From IMG/VR virus record IMGVR_UViG_3300010885_013353, positions 161 to 64,160 of that record: a stretch of 64,000 bases of DNA; one strand, written 5' to 3'. Positions 57,290-64,000 of the stretch are shown here, piece by piece. Source of the DNA: a virus (lineage: Duplodnaviria > Caudoviricetes). Each line of letters starts with the position of its first letter. Position 1 is the stretch's first letter. The notes under the pieces are model-generated. The model ran no database searches and was not told where the DNA came from. It saw only the letters and a program-made list of their open reading frames with translations. Position numbers and translations under genes: made by a program.

Positions 57290-57643
57290 TTATTTTTTGG
57301 TGACCGTTATCTCGCATCGAGGGTTCTCTTTATCCAACCCCCAGTAGATGTGCTTCTCTTTTACCTGTCGGTCGTTCAGGTAAGTGACCCCCTGCAGTAA
57401 ATCAAGGATCAGACTCTCGTCTAGGTCAGGTCTGCGTGACGCATAGTGAATCGTCATGGTGACAATCACATCCCCTGTGAACGGTTCGCATCCCAGCGAA
57501 GCAACTTGCTGTTGAAACGCATCAGCATAAGACAGGGCTTTTGCAGACTTTATCAGCCGTGACATAGAGCCAAACCGTACTAACCTGCGGGAGTTCGACT
57601 TTGAGGCAGGTTCGCCGTATATGGTCAAGGTGATGTTGCTCAT
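57290..57643 (-). CDS. rusA: RusA-like Holliday junction resolvase
   Basis: G.P.SK.N, RRPDLD....D.LQG..Y.NDRQV, NPR.EI. Confidence 0.8.
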   Translation of the reverse strand: MSNITLTIYGEPASKSNSRRLVRFGSMSRLIKSAKALSYADAFQQQVASLGCEPFTGDVIVTMTIHYASRRPDLDESLILDLLQGVTYLNDRQVKEKHIYWGLDKENPRCEITVTKK

Positions 57644-58389
57644 AATTTATTCAAACCTTCTGTTGGGTAGCCAAGCTTTTTTGCCTGACGATTCCACGCA
57701 CGGGCGGCTGCTTCTGGCGTATCAAACCTTCCAAGGTGGATGATTTGTTTCTTGTGCTTAATTGAAGCTTGATATTTGTTGCGTGTTTTATCGTGATATA
57801 CGCCCTTGAAACCAGAATTTGATGTTGGCAATCTAAATCTGTTTGCTTTGGCTAGTTTTTTTCGATGTTGTTTTGTAATCACCTTCCCTTTGCATGACTC
57901 TGCCAGATTGCGACAATGATCTAAGGTTCTCGGTGGTTTTGGTATCCCCTTCAGCGCGGCAGAAAGCTTTGCAATTGCCTGCTCTGACATTGATTTCCCA
58001 AGCTTTGCCTTCCTCATTAAAAGACGTGTCCTTTCGGTCGGGCTGTACATTCCACTGCCGCCGCCGTTACCGTTCACCAACCCATTTTTTTTGAAATGTT
58101 TAATCCAATTACGCTCTGCATCCGAATGAGATCCATACTCTACCGCTTGCAAAACTCGCAAAGTGGGGCGTAATAATTCCGCCCTTAATTCACTTAGCCA
58201 TCCGCATTTACAAGAACCTTTCGCATCCCGTAGATGCGCAGTCAGCCTGTTTTTAGGTGAATCGGACTTGCCGACATAACGAACCAACCCATCTCTAGGG
58301 TCAACGAGAGCGTAGATGTATGTCAATCTACACACATCTGTGCTTTTTGATGCAGGCTCGCCAAAAATAATTAATGAAAGTACTTGCAT
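57640..58389 (-). CDS. GIY-YIG homing endonuclease with NUMOD3-like and AP2 domains, fused to a RusA-like N-terminus
   Basis: YIYAL.DPR...VRYVGK....R...H; SGFKGV...LGRF.T.E.AARA. Confidence 0.85.
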   Translation of the reverse strand: MQVLSLIIFGEPASKSTDVCRLTYIYALVDPRDGLVRYVGKSDSPKNRLTAHLRDAKGSCKCGWLSELRAELLRPTLRVLQAVEYGSHSDAERNWIKHFKKNGLVNGNGGGSGMYSPTERTRLLMRKAKLGKSMSEQAIAKLSAALKGIPKPPRTLDHCRNLAESCKGKVITKQHRKKLAKANRFRLPTSNSGFKGVYHDKTRNKYQASIKHKKQIIHLGRFDTPEAAARAWNRQAKKLGYPTEGLNKL

Positions 58390-58412
58390 GGTTTATTTTC
58401 TTTTGATATTAT
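58384..58412 (+). promoter_or_regulatory. Sigma70-like promoter TTGCAT-17-TATTAT with extended -10 TG
   Basis: Directly upstream of the exonuclease RBS GGAGG. Confidence 0.65.
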
Positions 58413-58436
58413 TTGTTTTCCATATACGGAGGCTTA

Positions 58437-59336
58437 ATGAAGATCACCAATAAATTCGGGTTACCGCAACCCTTTGTAGACCTTGCAACCAAGAGCGCAT
58501 ACAGCAAGGGACGCGCTGACTATTCTGTCACAGAAATCATTTCCCCGCCAAGAATCCAACGCTTACGTATCAAGCATTGGGAAGACATGGAGCAAGACGT
58601 AAGCGACATGACTTGGTCTTTGATGGGGACGATGGCACACAATCTGCTTGAGAAGAAAACTACCAATGGATTGCAGGCAGAGGAACGCCTGTATGTAGAG
58701 ATTGATGGTGTTGTCCTATCGGGCGCAATGGATTTGCAGGAAGAGGTCGATGGCAGTATCAAGATCACTGACTACAAATTTACAAGCGCGTGGGCGTTGC
58801 GCGAAGACAAGATCGAGTGGATATTGCAACAGAACATCTACGCATGGATGGTAGGCAAGATCAAGGGCAAGAAAGTATCATCGATCAGCATCTGTGCTTT
58901 TATCCGCGATTGGAGTCGCCGCGAGGCTGCTACAAACCCGAGTTACCCACAGGCTAGTGCGCAGGTATTACCGATTGCGTTAATGGATTCTAGCGATGTA
59001 GAGAAATACATCAAGGAGCGGATCGAGTTGCACCGTCAGGCGAGGGTTGATGCTGACTGGGACAACGAACTGATCCACTGCACAGACGAGGAGCGTTGGT
59101 CAAGGGAGACCAAGTACGCGATCAAGAAGGAAGGCAGGAAGTCGGCGGTGCGTGTACTCGACACACATGATGAGGCGATGGCATTGCTTGCTGAGATGCC
59201 AGAAAAAGATGTTGCCTCTGCCAAAGTGTTTATTGAAATCCGCAAGGGTGAGTCGGTGCGTTGCACTGGCAACTTCTGCGGTGTAGCAAAGTGGTGTTCA
59301 CAGTTCAACAAGGAGCAAGAAAATGAGCGTGTTTAA
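58437..59336 (+). CDS. PD-(D/E)XK exonuclease (Cas4/RecB-like)
   Basis: SVT....PP, GT..H..LE, SG..D, DYK, Q.N.Y, C-terminal Cys cluster. Confidence 0.8.
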   Translation: MKITNKFGLPQPFVDLATKSAYSKGRADYSVTEIISPPRIQRLRIKHWEDMEQDVSDMTWSLMGTMAHNLLEKKTTNGLQAEERLYVEIDGVVLSGAMDLQEEVDGSIKITDYKFTSAWALREDKIEWILQQNIYAWMVGKIKGKKVSSISICAFIRDWSRREAATNPSYPQASAQVLPIALMDSSDVEKYIKERIELHRQARVDADWDNELIHCTDEERWSRETKYAIKKEGRKSAVRVLDTHDEAMALLAEMPEKDVASAKVFIEIRKGESVRCTGNFCGVAKWCSQFNKEQENERV

Positions 59337-59943
59337 ACAGCTTCAGAAGGCGAGGACAATGTTTCTGTCCTCCGACATCAAGAAGTCCGGCAAGAACAAG
59401 TTTGCAGGTTACGAGTACTTCGAGCTTGGTGACTTTATTCCTGCCATCCACAAGATCTTTAACGAGGTCGGGCTGTGTGGCGTGGTGCGGTTTACCAATG
59501 ACACTGCATCTCTGACGGTCTACGGTGACGAGGGTAGCATCGATTTCACAAGCCCGATGGTGTTTGCTGAAAACAGCAAGGGTCAGGCAATACAGAATTT
59601 AGGTAGTACTCATACGTACATGCGCCGTTATCTTTGGCTCATGGCGATGGAGATTGTGGAACATGATTCCGTGGATGCCGCCGCGCCTGCAGAAACCCCT
59701 GCCAAACCGATTGTAAAAGCCGTGGCAAAACCAGTGGAAAAGACGGTCGGTGCAACAGAGGATCAAAAGTTGTTTGTGGATAAGCTTATTGAGTGGGCGG
59801 CAGAGCAAGATTCACAGAAAGAATTGGTCGGTGCTTGGAAATCTAACCAAAAACAGATCGATGCATTAAAGAGTTCAGACCCCGCTCTATTTGAGCATTT
59901 AAAAACCTGCTTTACAGAAATGAAAGCAAACATCAAGGAGTAG
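59323..59943 (+). CDS. ERF-family single-strand annealing protein
   Basis: KSG.NKF..Y.YFEL.D; Q.LGS..TY.RRY. Confidence 0.85.
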   Translation: MSVFKQLQKARTMFLSSDIKKSGKNKFAGYEYFELGDFIPAIHKIFNEVGLCGVVRFTNDTASLTVYGDEGSIDFTSPMVFAENSKGQAIQNLGSTHTYMRRYLWLMAMEIVEHDSVDAAAPAETPAKPIVKAVAKPVEKTVGATEDQKLFVDKLIEWAAEQDSQKELVGAWKSNQKQIDALKSSDPALFEHLKTCFTEMKANIKE

Positions 59944-59945
59944 TT

Positions 59946-60227
59946 ATGGCTTACGAACCAAAACCAAATACCGGTAGTTTATTTTCCAACAAGGAAAAGA
60001 AAAGTCCACAGTCACCAGACTATCAGGGCGATATCTTGATCGACGCTTCAAAGCTCGAGATCGTTAACGGCGTTGCCAAGATCAAGATTGCCGGATGGAA
60101 AAAGACAGCAGCAAGTGGTCTTGTGTACCTATCATTATCGGTAGATACGTTTAAACCTAAAGATACACCAGACCCCCGTCGAAATTCAGCGTCTATTACA
60201 GACCTGAAAGATGATATACCCTTCTAA
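59946..60227 (+). CDS. SSB-like protein
   Basis: G.LF.N..K....PDY.G, AGW, LSLS, acidic DDIPF tail. Confidence 0.7.
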   Translation: MAYEPKPNTGSLFSNKEKKSPQSPDYQGDILIDASKLEIVNGVAKIKIAGWKKTAASGLVYLSLSVDTFKPKDTPDPRRNSASITDLKDDIPF

Positions 60228-60237
60228 GGATAACTTA

Positions 60238-60648
60238 ATGAACGCACTTCAATTCGAAGCAGTAAAGGTGTCGCTTAAGCAAGACCGCACTGGCTTTGTA
60301 TTGACCTTGAGTATCCATCCTGACGAGATTCCCGAAGAGCTGTTGCGGGATTTCGTTGGGTCGCGATACGGGGTGGCAATGGTTCGCATCCAAGACGATG
60401 AGACCACTACGCCCTATGACAACAGGGTCAAACACGCAGGCATCCTCTGTCGCACACGTGAGTTTCAGGTGTGGCTATGCGAAGAAGGTCATGCTCAGCA
60501 CAAGAACGAACAAGAGGCTATCGATGCTGTTTACACGCTGTGCGGTATTGCATCACGCACGGAGCTAAACGGTAACGCTGAAGCCAAATTAAAATTTGAC
60601 ACTATGGTGGAAGAGTATGAGCATTGGAAAAAAACAGACGCGTTCTAA
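60238..60648 (+). CDS. Conserved hypothetical protein
   Basis: AG.LCR..FQ.W...CGI.SR.EL. Confidence 0.6.
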   Translation: MNALQFEAVKVSLKQDRTGFVLTLSIHPDEIPEELLRDFVGSRYGVAMVRIQDDETTTPYDNRVKHAGILCRTREFQVWLCEEGHAQHKNEQEAIDAVYTLCGIASRTELNGNAEAKLKFDTMVEEYEHWKKTDAF

Positions 60649-61360
60649 AGTTCCTGTCAAGGCGGTAATGATTTACATGCCGGTTAACGAAGCTGAACGC
60701 ATGAAGAAGTTTGCAGATGATCGCGCAATCTCTTCATCCAAGGTTGCTCGCGAAGGTATTTACATGCGCATGGATCGGGACGGTGACAAGTTTGAGCAGG
60801 GTTTCAATGAAGGTTTAAACACTGCAATAGCTGTTGTCAGGGAAACCAAAGGCGCACAGATGATGTTCCCGTCTGGCAAGTCATTCGCTCAGTTGGTATG
60901 CGATGGGCTTGAGCCACTGATCCGTCCGGTGAAACATGAATGACGAAGACCTAAGAGATTTCTTTGCCGCGTTTGCAATGATATCCAAGGCATGGATTCC
61001 TCCTAATCTAGAAGACCATGCCAAGAACTGTTACGCAATAGCAGACGCAATGATTGCCGAGAGGAACCGATTACCCGAAGAAGGTATAGCAAGCGTAGTA
61101 AAGAAACGTAGGAAACCCAACCCAAAAGAGGCTTAATCATGGAATGTAAAGTCAAGATCGGCTCAGCGTATGAACCTAAGTGGTTTGAACGCAGGTACAC
61201 ACAAGGCACGTACTCAGCCAAGAATATTCCTCCGTGCGTAGAAACAGCTTGGTTGCAACATGCAATGCTAGGCGGAACGTTTAAACGAAGAGTGTCTCGC
61301 TGGCAGGTGTTGTTCTTTACCGTCTCTGCTGCAGTATTGTTTTTAATTGCTTATTACTAG
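60617..61360 (+). CDS. Three small ORFs (60617-60943 possible RHH; 60936-61136 LRDFFA family; 61139-61360 C-terminal TM)
   Basis: Coupled ORFs from the ORF track. Confidence 0.5.
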
Positions 61361-61370
61361 GAGCTTTATC

Positions 61371-61523
61371 ATGAAAAAATATATTGTTGGTTTGGTGCTT
61401 GCGTTGTCAGCAACTGCTGTTTACGCATCATGCACAACAAGCACCATCTTCTCAGGCGGTCGCATGGTTGTCTGCACAACGTGTTGCTATACTTATGGGA
61501 ATTGCACAACAACTTGTTTTTAA
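61371..61523 (+). CDS. Secreted 6-Cys miniprotein
   Basis: Hand-translated MKKYIVGLVLALSATAVYA-SCTTSTIFSGGRMVVCTTCCYTYGNCTTTCF; AGGAG RBS. Confidence 0.75.
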   Translation: MKKYIVGLVLALSATAVYASCTTSTIFSGGRMVVCTTCCYTYGNCTTTCF

Positions 61524-61532
61524 AGAGTCACC

Positions 61533-61982
61533 ATGCCCCAAAAAGAATACTTCGCAAAACTTCGGAAAACCCGCAAAGAGCTTGGGCTATGTCTCGCTTG
61601 CGGCAAGCATCCATCGCCGTGTGAGCCATGCAGGAAAAGAAACAGAGAAAGGATGCGAGGTATTCGTGCAGGAATTTCGCAAGAGGAAAAGCAAAAAACT
61701 TGGAAAACAAAACGTGATTATTTTTTAACGCATAAGTTTGGAATTACCACGAAAGACTACGACAGAATGTTGATTGAACAAAATAATTGTTGCGCAATAT
61801 GTTTTAGCACATACACAGGAGATAAACGCTCTAAAAATTTTCATGTTGATCATTGTCATGCAACAGAAAAAGTCAGAGGATTGCTTTGTTCGGCTTGCAA
61901 TAAGGGGTTGGGGTTGTTTTCTGAATCAGAGCAAAAATTAAAAAGTGCAATTGAATACGTTCGAAAATGGACTGACAATTAA
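61533..61982 (+). CDS. Endonuclease VII-like (HNH) protein
   Basis: Q...CAIC...VDHCH.T.KVRGLLC..CN..LG. Confidence 0.9.
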   Translation: MPQKEYFAKLRKTRKELGLCLACGKHPSPCEPCRKRNRERMRGIRAGISQEEKQKTWKTKRDYFLTHKFGITTKDYDRMLIEQNNCCAICFSTYTGDKRSKNFHVDHCHATEKVRGLLCSACNKGLGLFSESEQKLKSAIEYVRKWTDN

Positions 61983-62003
61983 ATTTAAACAATCGGAGGC
62001 TAA

Positions 62004-63747
62004 ATGAACGACAGAAACTTTGCGTCAATACTACGCACGCTAGAGCTTGGTGACATGATGACGCACGAAGAGATGAGTACAGTCGCAAGGATGTTAAGAG
62101 GCTACAAAGCTGACGCAGAGCGCTACCGTTGGTTGAACCAAGCCACGCATCAACTGTTCATGGTCACAGAGCATGGTTTAAACGAGCAGGTCGATCGGGC
62201 TATGAACGGGGGGCGGGAATGAAAACAATTATTCACGTCAACCAACACGCTGTGCGCTCCAACGTCAAGCATGGTACGAACGAGCCAGTGCTGACGGTCA
62301 AGACATACAAGAGCAATACCTACGCCCATGAGATCAAGATTCATGGTGAATCAACGATTGTGTATTCCCCTGAGAAGCCTTTGTCTTGCGGCGCTCGGGT
62401 GTGGATAGAAACGCAAGCTAATGTGGAGATACTGAAATGAAACACAAACTCGCAGAACTAATACACGCATGGGCTGACGGGGCGCAGATTCAGGTTTATT
62501 GCAACGATGGCATTTGGGAAGATGTTGACTATCCAGCTTGGGGGGGTGGGATTGAATACCGCATCAAGCCTGAGCCTAAGCCTGATGTTGTACGAAATAT
62601 TACCGTTGAAGCAACATTAAAGTGTGGCGAAACGTGTGGTGAAGCATTTGTACAAGTTTTTAAGTCAGGAAAATATATTTTTCCCAATTTACGCCTGACC
62701 TTTGACGGCGAAACAGGCAAGCTGAAATCGGCGGAGGTTATATGAACGAACGAGATTCTGAATTTAAATTGTGGTGGGATGACGAGGACGAAGAGTTCCG
62801 TGACGAGCTACGCAAGAAGGATGCTAAGCATGTGTGGGATGCAGCGTTTAAAGCAGGTGGCGCACGACCTTGGTGGTCAATCACACGAGAGCAATGGGCT
62901 GTGCTGAACAAGAAGCTTGGGGGTGGGAAATGATTACTTTTTTAACAGCGTTTGCATTGTCCCAATACGATGCAAGCCCTTTTTGGTGGGCTGCCTTTTG
63001 GTTAGTGATAGCGTTTGAAATTTATAGGAGCCTAGAAAAATGATGGATTTTTACCCCCACCCAACAGATCCAAATTTAGTAATTTTAAAAACAACACCAC
63101 GATACATAGCCAAGCACTCTGACGAAGACCTACGGGCGGCGGTACTTGCTGAGCGTGAGGCGTGTGCGAAGTTGTGTGAGGACGAACACAAGATACGATT
63201 GGCAGAAATCAGAGCAAGGGGAAACACATGAGCATCGAAGCAATGAAGCAATGGGCTGTACTAAACAAAAAACTTGGAGGTGGAAAATGAGCAAACCAAT
63301 GACAAAAGTTGATCTCGACAACGCTATTGAAGAAATAAACGAAACGGCGGCTAAAAAAATACTGGAGCTTGAGCGAGTAGACAAAGTTGTACAAACTGCG
63401 GTACTGGCTGAGCGTGAGGCTATTGCAAAAATGTTTGAAGCAAAAATATGGGCGTATGAAAAAAGAGAAATTGTCGCAGCAATCAGAACAAGGGGTGAGA
63501 AATGAACGAACGAATTAAAGAGCTTGCTGTGCAAGCGGGGATGCACTACAGAGCATTAAGTGATGAATTTTGCGAGGCTGACACAGATGGCGTACCTTTT
63601 GAAATGATGGAACGCTTTGCCGAGCTAGTCGATGCCGCTGCGGTGGCGAGAGAGCGTGAACGATTGAAAGCGTTGAAGCCTGTGGTTTGGCAGCATCTTG
63701 CAGGGCGCAACATACCATTTTACGCACTAGACGAGGTGACGAAATGA
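62004..63747 (+). CDS. Array of small accessory ORFs (62004-62222, 62219-62440, 62437-62745, 62742-62933, 63040-63231, 63228-63290, 63287-63505, 63502-63747)
   Basis: ATGA-coupled ORFs with DAERYRW, IHVNQH, I.AWADG and AEREACA motifs. Confidence 0.6.
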
Positions 63748-64000
63748 CAAACACAAAACAACCAGAGGCGTTGCGACTGGCTGATGCAATTGATCCTCCG
63801 CAAATTGCTTGCTTGCCCGAAACTCGTGCAGTAGCCGCAACCGAACTCCGCCGCTTGCATGAGGAGGTCAAATATATACCTGCGCTAGAGCGAGTGTTAG
63901 ATAAGCAAGCCGCAGAGATACTACGCTTATACGAAGAAAACAAACGCCTACTTGCCGCCAACAAAGATTCAACGAATCACTTTGATGCGCTGATGGCGGA

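Noticed and set aside
58437-59336. Cas4-like gene as a CRISPR component
   Set aside because: Sits with ERF and SSB in an ordinary phage recombination module
17885-59783. Isolated DnaA-box matches at 17885, 30528 and 59775
   Set aside because: Single copies inside coding sequence, plausibly chance

Overview
A large part of a tailed dsDNA phage genome with podovirus-like architecture and a Gram-negative host (an i-spanin/o-spanin pair is present). Layout: (1) 1-2.4 kb and 58.4-64 kb, + strand recombination genes and many small accessory genes; (2) 2.4-46.1 kb, a mostly minus-strand late operon (TerS, TerL, portal, GroES-like protein, scaffold, Mu gpT-like capsid, adaptors, tail fibres, lysis cassette, tail hub, ejection proteins, and a 3154-aa polyvalent protein with peptidase, glycosylase-like and three ART-like modules); (3) 45.1-46.9 kb, a control region with a G-rich tract, a DnaA-box cluster, 159-bp-period repeats and promoters; (4) 46.9-53.3 kb, a + strand early operon with RNA hairpins, a hammerhead ribozyme, a SprT-like protease and a MoxR AAA/VWA set; (5) 53.4-58.4 kb, a minus-strand replication module (DUF1376 initiator, DnaB-like helicase, C4/CI-like RNA, RusA). 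I saw no integrase, DNA polymerase, methyltransferase, tRNA or CRISPR array. Most striking: at least 36 copies of the palindrome GTTTAAAC, three of them in promoter spacers; a canonical hammerhead ribozyme; DnaA boxes; [FY]SL-delimited modules in the giant protein; and three homing endonucleases that duplicate the ends of their neighbouring genes. All product calls come from motif recognition by eye, not database searches.
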